Shown in pieces: positions 1 to 9,317 of a DNA stretch of 64,000 nucleotides; position 1 is the first letter of the stretch, and every line of letters begins with the position of its first letter. Source of the stretch: Aestuariibaculum lutulentum (GTDB lineage Bacteria > Bacteroidota > Bacteroidia > Flavobacteriales > Flavobacteriaceae); contig NZ_CP136709.1 in assembly GCF_032926325.1 (NCBI RefSeq), positions 1,167,447 to 1,231,446 on the forward strand. Reading direction: 5' to 3'. The notes below the pieces were generated by a model. The model was not told where the DNA came from. It saw only the letters and a list, made by a program, of their open reading frames with translations, and did no database searches. Made by a program: the position numbers and the translations under genes.

Positions 1-246
1 CATAAAACTATTCGCATACCGAACATGATATCCCATGGGATCTAACTGAAACCTCCAGCGATACGCTCTGGACATATGACTTAGAAGCCCTAAAAAAACA
101 CCTAAAAGAATCCAAACATAATCAGATTCTTTTAGGTATTGAAATATTTCATCTATTGAAACTTTAGATAATGAATACCAGACTAAAAACACCCCCAACA
201 ATAAAGGAAGTACTACTTTTAAGACCTTAGTTATCTTCAGCTTCAA
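1..246 (-). CDS. Partial CDS running off the window start. N-terminus of a UPF0104/lysylphosphatidylglycerol-synthase-like transmembrane-domain membrane protein.
   Basis: Minus-strand frame reads ...[82 protein letters not shown].... This resembles typical N-termini of the UPF0104 family. There is no ATG, so the start is probably TTG or ATA near 240-250. It lies just downstream of panD on the same strand. Confidence 0.4.
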   Translation of the reverse strand, partial: MKLKITKVLKVVLPLLLGVFLVWYSLSKVSIDEIFQYLKESDYVWILLGVFLGLLSHMSRAYRWRFQLDPMGYHVRYANSFM

Positions 247-259
247 ATAATTGAATATT

Positions 260-610
260 TTATTTTAATAAGTTTGTTGCTTCATCTGGGAATACTAAAG
301 AAGGCTTAAAGGTTTTAGCTTCTTCGTAATCCATAATAGCGTAAGTGATAAGAATTAACGTATCTCCTACCGCCACTTTACGGGCTGCTGCACCGTTAAG
401 GGTAATTTCTCCACTATTACGAGGACCAGGAATACAATACGTTTCCAAACGCTCACCATTGTCGTTATTTACAATTTGAACTTTTTCGCCTTGTATAATA
501 TTGGCAGCTTCCATTAAATCCTCATCAATAGTAATACTACCAATGTAATTAAGTTCCGCACCGGTACACTTAACTCTGTGAATCTTAGATTTTACGACTT
601 GAATTTGCAT
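260..610 (-). CDS. panD: Aspartate 1-decarboxylase (pyruvoyl-dependent).
   Basis: 116 aa, [29 protein letters not shown]..., the characteristic PanD length and sequence. Immediately downstream of panC on the same strand. Confidence 0.95.
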   Translation of the reverse strand: MQIQVVKSKIHRVKCTGAELNYIGSITIDEDLMEAANIIQGEKVQIVNNDNGERLETYCIPGPRNSGEITLNGAAARKVAVGDTLILITYAIMDYEEAKTFKPSLVFPDEATNLLK

Positions 611-623
611 GTGGCAAAGGTAA

Positions 624-1529
624 TTAATTTAGAGCAATATTGTCAATCAGTCTGATATCATCTGCATATACTGCAATAAACGCTCTGTATTGTTTGTTAT
701 TTTCTTTTTCTGTTACGGTTTTAAGAGTTACAACATCGGCGATGATAAAATATTCCAATTCTAACAACTCCTGACTTTTAAACTCATTTTCAACCCATTG
801 TGTCACCTCTTCAGCACCTTTTGTACCAAAATGATCTTTGGCAGCTGTTAAAGTTTTGTATATAAAAGGCGCTACCTCAAGATATTCCGGCTTTAAACGT
901 GTATTTCGAGAACTCATCGCTAAACCAGAATCTTCTCTGAAAATATCGCAACCCACAATATTTACAGGTATATTATATTTTTCAACCAGTTTTTTTACAA
1001 TTTGTAACTGCTGAAAATCTTTTTCTCCAAAATAAGCGTTATCCGGTTTTGCAATTTCAAATAAACGCTTCACTATGGTTCCAACGCCATCAAAATGTCC
1101 ATCACGAAAACGTCCTTCCATTTCATGTTCCAATCCGTCATAATCAAAATGCTCGGCTTCAAGTTTTCCATCGTAAACATCTTCAACTGTTGGTGCATAA
1201 ACCAAGATATCATCTTTACTTACACCCTCTAACAGTCCTACATCACGTTCTAATGTTCTTGGGTATTTCTGTAAATCGTCTTTATTATCAAACTGTGTCG
1301 GGTTCACAAAAATACTAACAACAACCTTGTCATTATCCTGTAATGCCTTTTCTACCAATGCCAAATGCCCTTGGTGTAAGGCTCCCATAGTTGGCACCAT
1401 ACCAATGCTTAAGTTTTGGTCTTTAAAAGCACTTAATACTTTCGTAATTTGTTGTTTTTCTGAATAAACTTCCACGGTTCGATTTAAATTTAGCGGGTGC
1501 AAACTTAAGATTTTACAAGCAATCTGCAT
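624..1529 (-). CDS. panC: Pantoate--beta-alanine ligase.
   Basis: 301 aa with the PanC motifs [16 protein letters not shown] and the HIGH-like ATP site. Forms a panC-panD operon. Confidence 0.95.
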   Translation of the reverse strand: MQIACKILSLHPLNLNRTVEVYSEKQQITKVLSAFKDQNLSIGMVPTMGALHQGHLALVEKALQDNDKVVVSIFVNPTQFDNKDDLQKYPRTLERDVGLLEGVSKDDILVYAPTVEDVYDGKLEAEHFDYDGLEHEMEGRFRDGHFDGVGTIVKRLFEIAKPDNAYFGEKDFQQLQIVKKLVEKYNIPVNIVGCDIFREDSGLAMSSRNTRLKPEYLEVAPFIYKTLTAAKDHFGTKGAEEVTQWVENEFKSQELLELEYFIIADVVTLKTVTEKENNKQYRAFIAVYADDIRLIDNIALN

Positions 1530-1732
1530 AAATTTTTGTACTTTTGCGTGTTTTTTATTTTGAATTAAAAAAAGCAGCGCCCTATTAAAACAAGTAAATT
1601 GTATTTCTAAAATCGCAGGAATACCGCATTATTGTTGCTTTAGGCCACTAACAATAAACCAAAAATAAAAGTTATTTAGGCTAGTCCCTTTTTAACACAA
1701 TTAAGTACTTATAAAGCAATAAATAAAAACAC

Positions 1733-2539
1733 ATGAAAGATAAGAGGATATTGTATGTATCATCTGAAGTAGTGCCTTATTTACCGGAAACCGAAATTTC
1801 TTCAATGTCTTTTGAAGCACCAAGATTAGTCAATCAACAAGGTGGGCAAATAAGGATTTTTATGCCACGATACGGCAACATTAACGAGAGAAGACATCAA
1901 TTACATGAAGTTATAAGACTTTCTGGTATCAATTTAGTGATTAACGATTTAGACATGCCACTTATTATCAAAGTAGCATCGATACCAAAAGAGCGAATCC
2001 AGGTGTATTTTATTGATAACGACGAATATTTTAAAAGAAAAGCAACGTTGACCGATGAAGACGGAAACTTATTTCCTGACAACGACGAACGTGCCATCTT
2101 TTTTGCCAAAGGCGTTATCGAAACTGTTAAAAAACTAAACTGGTCTCCAGATATTATTCACGTTCACGGTTGGCTAGCATCCCTATTACCAATCTATCTG
2201 AAAGAGTACTATAAAGATGAGCCTTTATTTAATGAAAGTAAGATTGTAACCTCGGTTTACAGCCAAAGTTTTAACAATTCATTAAATGAAGATATGGTTA
2301 ATAAAGTTAAATTTGACAATATTAACGAAGATGCCATCAAAGTGCTTGAAGAGCCTTCGTACGTGAATTTAATGAAAGTAGCTGTTGATTATTCTGATGC
2401 GCTTATTATTGGATCTGAGGAAATTCCTGCAGATTTAAAAGCCTATGTAGACGCATCGAACAAACCTACTTTAGAATACAAACCAAAAGATGAATTTGGC
2501 ACCGCTTACACAACATTCTTTAATGAACACGTGTTATAA
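1733..2539 (+). CDS. Glycogen/starch synthase family protein: the short GT5 N-terminal-domain protein typical of Bacteroidetes.
   Basis: 268 aa with a Glyco_transf_5-like N-terminal region (KRILYVSSEVVPY...GG...PRYG). Conserved neighbourhood panC - GT5 - DUF4270 - glmS. Confidence 0.75.
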   Translation: MKDKRILYVSSEVVPYLPETEISSMSFEAPRLVNQQGGQIRIFMPRYGNINERRHQLHEVIRLSGINLVINDLDMPLIIKVASIPKERIQVYFIDNDEYFKRKATLTDEDGNLFPDNDERAIFFAKGVIETVKKLNWSPDIIHVHGWLASLLPIYLKEYYKDEPLFNESKIVTSVYSQSFNNSLNEDMVNKVKFDNINEDAIKVLEEPSYVNLMKVAVDYSDALIIGSEEIPADLKAYVDASNKPTLEYKPKDEFGTAYTTFFNEHVL

Positions 2540-2567
2540 GTAACCAAATATTCTTTCAAAACTATAT

Positions 2568-4268
2568 ATGAAAAAGACCATTAGCGCCCTTAAATTTTGT
2601 GCAGTTTGTTCAGTAATCATGTCATCCTTTTTCGCTTGCGATAAAGACTTTGCTTCTGTAGAAAGTGATGTACTTGGAGATGACAATACCAACTTTCAAA
2701 CCAATAGAGAGTCCTTACCCATACTAGCATATAACAAAAAATTAAACTCGTTACAAATTGATGGATTAACATCTAACCTTCTTGGTGTTTTTAACGATCC
2801 TGCTTTTGGTCAAACCACAGCAAGTATAGTAACACAGGTTACACCTTCTAGTTACAGTCCGGATTTTGGTGACGATACCGTTATTGATTCTGTAGTGATG
2901 ACCATTCCTTACTACAGCAGAATTACAGGTCTAGACGACGAAGGGTTAAACGAATATACCATTGGCGACTCTTTATATGGCAATGCCGAAGCTCCTATTA
3001 AATTAACCGTTTTTAAAAATGAATATTTCTTAAGAGATTTTGACCCAACGGCAGAGCTAGGCGACGTTCAGTATTACTATTCAAAAGCAGATGGTGAAAT
3101 AAATGTTACTGATAATTTTGCTTTAAACGGATCGTCTACAATTAATTTTGATGACCATAAATACACGACTGATACTATCTTAGCAATTCCTTCATTTATA
3201 CCAAGTGCCAAGAGAATTCTATTGGTTACTAGAGATGAAGATAATGAAGTAACTTCAAGCACCAATTTAGCGCCTTCGTTTCGCGTAAAGTTAGATACAG
3301 ATTTTTGGCAATCACACATCATTGATCAAGAAGATAATGACGTGCTTTCAAATGCAAGTGCCTTTAAAAACTATTTCAGAGGATTATACTTTAAAGCTGA
3401 AACTGTCTCTGCTGATGGACATATGCTTATGCTAAACTTAGCTTCTTCAGATGCTAATATCGTTATTTACTATTCGTATAATACCACAACAGGAACTGGT
3501 GATAATGCGACAACAACGACGTCTAACAGCACTTATACTCTTAGTTTTTCTGGTAAACGTTTAAATACATTCATCAACAACTATAATTTACAAACTCTTG
3601 CGGATGGCAACTCAACAGAAGGGGATGATAAATTATATTTAAAGGGTACAGAAGGCTCCATGGCTGTTGTAGATTTATTCCCAACAGATGAAGATTTAAA
3701 AACATTCATTGACAACCACAGAGTTTTACTTGAAAACGGAGAATACAAAAAAGACGAAAGAGGCAACTATATTTTACAACGTCTAATTAACGATGCGCAA
3801 TTAATCGTTTATGAAGACCAGAGTATGAATACCGGAGGAGATGAAGATTTCCACAAATACGATCGCCTATACGCTTATGATGTTAACAACAACATCCCTT
3901 TAATTGACTATTCTGTAGATCCAATTTCTAATACAGCAGATCCTTTCAATTCTATTGTTGTACATTTAGGGCAACGCAGAGAAAACGACGAAAACGGACA
4001 AGCTAAATACAAAATCCGCATCACAGAACATTTGAATAATATTTTATTAAGAGATTCAACAAATACGAAAGTTGGTTTGGTTTTATCGACTAATGTAAAC
4101 TCAACCACAAATGCTAAAATATTAAATAGTGAAGGTAGCGAAGTAACAAATGTGCCAGCTACTTCCATTATTACACCAAGAGGGACTATTTTACACGGAA
4201 CGAACGATAATGTTTCTGAAACTGTAAAAATGAAATTAGAAGTATTTTTCACTGAACCTAAGGAATAA
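2568..4268 (+). CDS. DUF4270-like lipoprotein.
   Basis: 566 aa with a signal peptide carrying Cys (FFACDKDF). Asn/Thr-rich secreted protein in the conserved position between the GT5 gene and glmS. Confidence 0.55.
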   Translation: MKKTISALKFCAVCSVIMSSFFACDKDFASVESDVLGDDNTNFQTNRESLPILAYNKKLNSLQIDGLTSNLLGVFNDPAFGQTTASIVTQVTPSSYSPDFGDDTVIDSVVMTIPYYSRITGLDDEGLNEYTIGDSLYGNAEAPIKLTVFKNEYFLRDFDPTAELGDVQYYYSKADGEINVTDNFALNGSSTINFDDHKYTTDTILAIPSFIPSAKRILLVTRDEDNEVTSSTNLAPSFRVKLDTDFWQSHIIDQEDNDVLSNASAFKNYFRGLYFKAETVSADGHMLMLNLASSDANIVIYYSYNTTTGTGDNATTTTSNSTYTLSFSGKRLNTFINNYNLQTLADGNSTEGDDKLYLKGTEGSMAVVDLFPTDEDLKTFIDNHRVLLENGEYKKDERGNYILQRLINDAQLIVYEDQSMNTGGDEDFHKYDRLYAYDVNNNIPLIDYSVDPISNTADPFNSIVVHLGQRRENDENGQAKYKIRITEHLNNILLRDSTNTKVGLVLSTNVNSTTNAKILNSEGSEVTNVPATSIITPRGTILHGTNDNVSETVKMKLEVFFTEPKE

Positions 4269-4273
4269 GATTT

Positions 4274-6121
4274 ATGTGTGGAATTGTAGGATATATAGGC
4301 AAGCGTGAAGCCTATCCTATCATTATTGAAGGCTTAAAACGCCTTGAATATAGAGGATACGATAGTGCTGGGGTAGCGCTTTATGATGGTGATAACCTTA
4401 GAATATCTAAAACAAAAGGGAAAGTTTCCGATTTAGAAGAACGTTGTAAAAACGAAAACAACACATTTGGAAACATTGGAATTGGTCATACGCGTTGGGC
4501 AACGCATGGTGTCCCAAACGATGTCAATTCTCATCCTCATGTATCAAACTCAGGAAATCTGGCGATAATTCATAACGGAATTATTGAAAATTACGAATCG
4601 CTTAAGAAAGAATTAATCTCCAGAGGCTATACCTTTAAATCGGATACTGATACCGAAGTTTTAATCAATCTTATTGAAGACATTCAAAAGCAAGAAGATG
4701 TAAAACTTGGTAAGGCAGTACAGATTGCATTAAATCAGGTTATCGGAGCTTACGCTATTGCTGTCTTTGACCAAAACAACCCGGATGAAATTGTTATTGC
4801 GCGATTAGGAAGTCCATTAACGGTTGGTGTTGGTGAAGACGAATTCTTTATCGCCAGCGATGCCTCTCCATTTTTAGAATACACTAAAAACGCCATTTAC
4901 CTGGAAGATGAAGAAATGGCTATTGTGAGACTGCATCGTGAGATTAAAGTCAGAAAAATTAAAGACGATTCTTTAGTCGATCCATATATTCAGGAATTAA
5001 AACTAAATCTTGAGCAAATAGAAAAAGGGGGTTACGAGCATTTCATGTTAAAAGAAATTCACGAGCAACCTAAAGCCATTACCGATACCTATCGGGGTAG
5101 ATTGTTAAGAAACGAAGCTATTATTAAAATGGCAGGTGTTGAGGATAACATGAAGAAATTCCTTAATGCTAACAGAATCATAATTGTAGCTTGTGGCACG
5201 TCGTGGCACGCTGGTTTAGTTGCTGAATATATTTTTGAAGATTTAGCAAGAATTCCGGTTGAAGTAGAATATGCTTCAGAGTTTAGATACAGAAATCCCA
5301 TCATTAACGAGAACGATATTGTTATCGCCATCTCACAATCTGGTGAAACTGCCGATACATTAGCTGCTATAAAACTTGCCAAGTCTAAAGGCGCATTTGT
5401 TTTTGGTGTTTGTAATGTGGTTGGATCTTCTATTGCTCGCGAAACTCATGCAGGTGCTTACACGCATGCGGGACCAGAAATTGGAGTAGCTTCAACCAAA
5501 GCTTTTACAACCCAAATTACTGTATTAACACTAATGGCATTAAGGTTAGCAAGAGCTAAAGGAACTATTAGTAGTTCTGAATTCCGTCAGCATTTATTAG
5601 AACTAGAAATGATTCCTAAAAAGGTGGAAAAAGCTTTAGAAGCCGATGCTCATATTAGAGAGATTTCAGATTTATATAAAGATTCTCGCAACTGTTTATA
5701 TTTAGGTCGCGGGTACAATTTCCCGGTAGCACTTGAAGGCGCCTTAAAACTTAAGGAGATTTCATATATACATGCTGAAGGTTATCCGGCAGCCGAAATG
5801 AAACATGGTCCAATCGCCTTAATTGACGAAAACATGCCAATCATTGTCATTGCAACAAAAAAAGGGCATTACGAAAAAGTAGTGAGTAACATTCAGGAGA
5901 TTAAATCAAGAAAAGGAAAAATTATTGGTATTGTTACTGAAGGCGATGAACAGGTAAGAGCCCTTGCCGATCACGTGATTGAAGTTCCGGAAACCTTAGA
6001 ATCGTTATCTCCATTATTAACGACTATTCCCCTTCAGCTTTTATCATACCATATTGCGGTATTACTAGGCAAAAATGTAGATCAACCTAGAAACTTAGCA
6101 AAATCGGTTACTGTTGAATAA
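4274..6121 (+). CDS. glmS: Glutamine--fructose-6-phosphate aminotransferase (isomerizing).
   Basis: 615 aa starting MCGIVGYIG (Cys2 nucleophile) with two SIS domains and a C-terminal ...KSVTVE. Confidence 0.97.
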   Translation: MCGIVGYIGKREAYPIIIEGLKRLEYRGYDSAGVALYDGDNLRISKTKGKVSDLEERCKNENNTFGNIGIGHTRWATHGVPNDVNSHPHVSNSGNLAIIHNGIIENYESLKKELISRGYTFKSDTDTEVLINLIEDIQKQEDVKLGKAVQIALNQVIGAYAIAVFDQNNPDEIVIARLGSPLTVGVGEDEFFIASDASPFLEYTKNAIYLEDEEMAIVRLHREIKVRKIKDDSLVDPYIQELKLNLEQIEKGGYEHFMLKEIHEQPKAITDTYRGRLLRNEAIIKMAGVEDNMKKFLNANRIIIVACGTSWHAGLVAEYIFEDLARIPVEVEYASEFRYRNPIINENDIVIAISQSGETADTLAAIKLAKSKGAFVFGVCNVVGSSIARETHAGAYTHAGPEIGVASTKAFTTQITVLTLMALRLARAKGTISSSEFRQHLLELEMIPKKVEKALEADAHIREISDLYKDSRNCLYLGRGYNFPVALEGALKLKEISYIHAEGYPAAEMKHGPIALIDENMPIIVIATKKGHYEKVVSNIQEIKSRKGKIIGIVTEGDEQVRALADHVIEVPETLESLSPLLTTIPLQLLSYHIAVLLGKNVDQPRNLAKSVTVE

Positions 6122-6144
6122 ATAAAATAAGAACACATTATAAA

Positions 6145-6186
6145 AAGCGCCAAAGTTCAAAATGAATTTTGGCGCTTTTCTTTTTA
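6145..6186 (+). terminator. Rho-independent terminator after glmS.
   Basis: Hairpin AAAGCGCCAAA-N13-TTTGGCGCTTT followed by a T-run. Confidence 0.6.
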
Positions 6187-6290
6187 TCAGAACAACTAAA
6201 AACATGTACTAATTTATCTATCAGATATCATTTCGGACACCTCATACATAGCCTAAACTTAATTTTAGTAAAAATCTAAAATCGGCTATT

Positions 6291-9113
6291 ATGAAGACTC
6301 TAAACAAAACCATCTCTCTTTTTATTATGCTATTTAGCGCAATATTACTTGCGCAAACCACCATTTCAGGATCGGTTGTAGACTCCAATAACCAACCACT
6401 TATTGATGCACATATTATTATTGAAAATTCTATTTATGGAACCTATACCGATACGGAAGGTCATTTCATTTTAACAGTGGATATAACACCTCCTTTTAAT
6501 CTTTCAGCGAGTCGAATAGGTTACAAAACTCTTTCAATTCAAGTTTTAAATGATAATCAAATTATTAATTTCATATTAGACGAAGGAACCGACCTAGATG
6601 ACACGGTCGTTTATGGCTCTAGAAAACCAGAAAGTGTTCGGGAATCACCAGTGCCTATTGAAATTTTTGACGCGACAGACATTAGAGTAAGTACAGCAAC
6701 ACCAAATTTCTATACCAGTCTTGAAAATTTAAAAGGTGTTGATATCAATCATGGTAGTTTAACTTTCAACTCTGTTAATACGCGTGGTTTTGCAACTTTC
6801 GCAAATAACCGGTTTGTACAACTCATAGACGGCATGGATAATGCCTCTCCAGCCCTCAACTTTGTTATGGGGAATCTTGTTGGTATGAACGAGCTCGATG
6901 TACACAGTGTAGAGTTACTCCCGGGTGCTTCTTCCGCCTTATACGGCGCCAATGCATTTAATGGCATTTTATTCATGACCAGTAAAAATCCTTTTAATTT
7001 TGAAGGCATTAGTGCTTATTACAAACAAGGCATTACTTCGCAAGACGCAGCAGGCGACAACACTTACAGAGATTTCGGAATAAGAGCAGCTCACAAATTC
7101 AGTGATAAATTTGCCGGAAAAGCTTCCTTTTCATTTTTAAAAGGCACCGATTGGTATGCTACAGATTATAATGAATATACTAGAGGTCTAGTTGGTACAC
7201 CTGATAATATTTCCCCCTTTAGATCAAGTCCCGCCCATGACGGATTAAATATATATGGAGATGAAATTTCATTAGGTGCTGCCCTGGGAATGAATTTAAA
7301 AGAACTGGTTCAAGCTTATGAAGGTTTTCTGTTCCCTATAGGTTCATCTATGCTAGTTCCTGAAGACAATGTTGCCAGAACAGGATACAGAGAGCAAGAT
7401 TTAACAGATTATAATGCCAATAGTTTAAAAGCAGACTTTGCTTTACATTACAGACCTCTTGCTGACGATTTAGAAATTATCTGGAATTCCAGATTAGGTC
7501 GAGGTAATACCATTTTTCAGGGTGGCAATAGGTATCAGCTAAAAAACTTCTTTATTCAGCAACATCGACTGGAAATTAAAAACGATAATTTCTTTTTAAG
7601 AGGGTACACAACCAGTGAAAAAGCTGGCGATTCTTATGATATGTTTTTTACAGGACTTAATATGAATAAGGTTGGCGCCGAAGAATGGTTTGGTACCTAC
7701 GCCGGTGCTTACCTTCAAGGAGCGGCTCAAGTTCAGGCAAGTGGAGGCAATCCATTTGATCCAACTATTCAGGAGCAATTACACTTCGCTTCCAGAAATG
7801 CTGCCGATCAATTAGTAACCATACAACCAGGAACCCCCCAATTTAAAACCCTGTTTAATCAAATAACGTCAGATCCAGATGTTAATACTGGTTCTAAATT
7901 TATAGACAATTCTAAAATGTATGTTGTTGAAGGTAATTATAACTTTAGTAGTCTTTTAAAGGATGTTGTGGATTTACAAATAGGTGGTTCTGCCAGACAG
8001 TATGCATTGAATTCTCAAGGAACTATTTTCACAGATTATGATGGTCCAATTAAGTACGATGAATACGGTGCTTATATTCAGGGGATAAAAAAACTAGCTG
8101 ATGACCGATTAAAAGTTACAGCCTCGATTCGCTATGACAAAAATGAATTTTTTGATGCGAATTTATCGCCCAGAGTATCCTTAGTTTATTTTGCAGGAGC
8201 CAACAAAAACCATAATATTAGAGCATCTTTTCAAACGGGCTTTAGAAACCCGCATACGCAATCCCTTTTTATTGGACTTAATGTTGGTGATGTTCTTTTG
8301 GTTGGAGGTGCTCCAGCTAATCTAGATAGAAACTTACCAAACACTAACTTAACGGCCAGAGATGCCTATTCCGGTTCCTACTCGCTAGCTTCCTTTCTGG
8401 CTTTTGCCGCATCGCAAGGCGCTTCTCCCATAGAACCAGTAAACAAAACAGGAATAACCCCGCTTGTAGAGCCAGAAAAAGTAAAGGCATTCGATCTTGG
8501 TTACCGCGGTACAATCGGCCCTGTAGATATCGATTTTAGTGCTTATTATAACAATTACGACAATTTCCTTGCCGAGAAAGTAGTCATAACTCCAAATTCA
8601 GGTTCAACTAGTGATTTAAGCGGTATTGCCGATATAGCTTCAGGAAATTATACTATATTTCAATTGAATACAAATTCATCTGCAGACATCAGTTCTTATG
8701 GCGCCATTATAGGGTTATCAACACGAATAGCCAAAGATTTTAAATTAAGCGCAAGTTATAACTTTACTAAATTCGACTTCGATCAATCCTCAGATCCGGA
8801 TTTCAGTGCTGGATTCAACACCCCTGAACATAAGGTAAAACTATCATTAGGTAATCCCAATCTTTTTAAAAACTTTGGATTTCAAGTTAACGGACGTTGG
8901 AGTGACGAATACCTATGGCAAGCCAATATAGCCAACGCCATCATACCTTCAAGAACTGTTATCGATGCTCAAATAAATTACACCATACCTGCTATAAAAT
9001 CAATTTTTAAAATTGGTGGAACCAATTTAGGAGGAAAAGAATATCAAAGTGCTGTGGGTACAGGTTTTATCGGGCAACAATACTTTATTTCGTGGACAAT
9101 CAACAATTTATAA
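6291..9113 (+). CDS. TonB-dependent receptor (CarboxypepD_reg-like N-domain + plug + beta-barrel).
   Basis: 940 aa with a signal peptide. Contains the TonB-box/plug region (DTVVYGSRKPESVRESPVPIEIF) and a C-terminal aromatic barrel terminus (...SWTINNL). Paralogous to the next gene. Confidence 0.9.
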   Translation: MKTLNKTISLFIMLFSAILLAQTTISGSVVDSNNQPLIDAHIIIENSIYGTYTDTEGHFILTVDITPPFNLSASRIGYKTLSIQVLNDNQIINFILDEGTDLDDTVVYGSRKPESVRESPVPIEIFDATDIRVSTATPNFYTSLENLKGVDINHGSLTFNSVNTRGFATFANNRFVQLIDGMDNASPALNFVMGNLVGMNELDVHSVELLPGASSALYGANAFNGILFMTSKNPFNFEGISAYYKQGITSQDAAGDNTYRDFGIRAAHKFSDKFAGKASFSFLKGTDWYATDYNEYTRGLVGTPDNISPFRSSPAHDGLNIYGDEISLGAALGMNLKELVQAYEGFLFPIGSSMLVPEDNVARTGYREQDLTDYNANSLKADFALHYRPLADDLEIIWNSRLGRGNTIFQGGNRYQLKNFFIQQHRLEIKNDNFFLRGYTTSEKAGDSYDMFFTGLNMNKVGAEEWFGTYAGAYLQGAAQVQASGGNPFDPTIQEQLHFASRNAADQLVTIQPGTPQFKTLFNQITSDPDVNTGSKFIDNSKMYVVEGNYNFSSLLKDVVDLQIGGSARQYALNSQGTIFTDYDGPIKYDEYGAYIQGIKKLADDRLKVTASIRYDKNEFFDANLSPRVSLVYFAGANKNHNIRASFQTGFRNPHTQSLFIGLNVGDVLLVGGAPANLDRNLPNTNLTARDAYSGSYSLASFLAFAASQGASPIEPVNKTGITPLVEPEKVKAFDLGYRGTIGPVDIDFSAYYNNYDNFLAEKVVITPNSGSTSDLSGIADIASGNYTIFQLNTNSSADISSYGAIIGLSTRIAKDFKLSASYNFTKFDFDQSSDPDFSAGFNTPEHKVKLSLGNPNLFKNFGFQVNGRWSDEYLWQANIANAIIPSRTVIDAQINYTIPAIKSIFKIGGTNLGGKEYQSAVGTGFIGQQYFISWTINNL

Positions 9114-9135
9114 ATTAGTGTAAAATTTTAGATAA

Positions 9136-9175
9136 AAAGCGCCAAAAATAAAATTACTTTTGGCGCTTTTTTTAT
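9136..9175 (+). terminator. Rho-independent terminator.
   Basis: Hairpin AAAGCGCCAAAA-N10-TTTTGGCGCTTTTTTT. Shares the same stem sequence as the glmS terminator. Confidence 0.6.
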
Positions 9176-9317
9176 ATTTTTCCGACAGCTATTATGGAAT
9201 AGATAAAATTTCATGATTTTTTTTGCAAAATATACTATGCATGCATAATTTTTTATATTTTTATCAATACGCAATTGATTTTTGTGTCTTACTAAACTAA
9301 AACTTAACTAATTTTAA

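Noticed and set aside
1049-1318. Antisense ORFs embedded in well-supported genes: 1049..1318, 1897..2109, 3077..3322, 3581..3766, 3908..4252, 5089..5382, 6749..7009, 7596..7778, 9314..9703, 10545..10905, 13020..13403, 14434..14661, 16728..16970, 18456..18653, 19494..19811, 21753..22025, 22572..22781, 23638..23829, 25103..25485, 27828..28112, 28580..28891, 31776..32006, 32444..32736, 33533..33736, 34296..34589, 36747..37184, 37485..37682, 38893..39093, 41187..41375, 45351..45611, 46177..46548, 48659..49022, 50530..50742, 55296..55481, 55593..55784, 58023..58293, 59513..59719.
   Set aside because: Each lies within, or opposite to, a longer ORF with clear family signatures. Their translations are low-complexity with no motifs, typical of shadow ORFs in AT-rich genomes.
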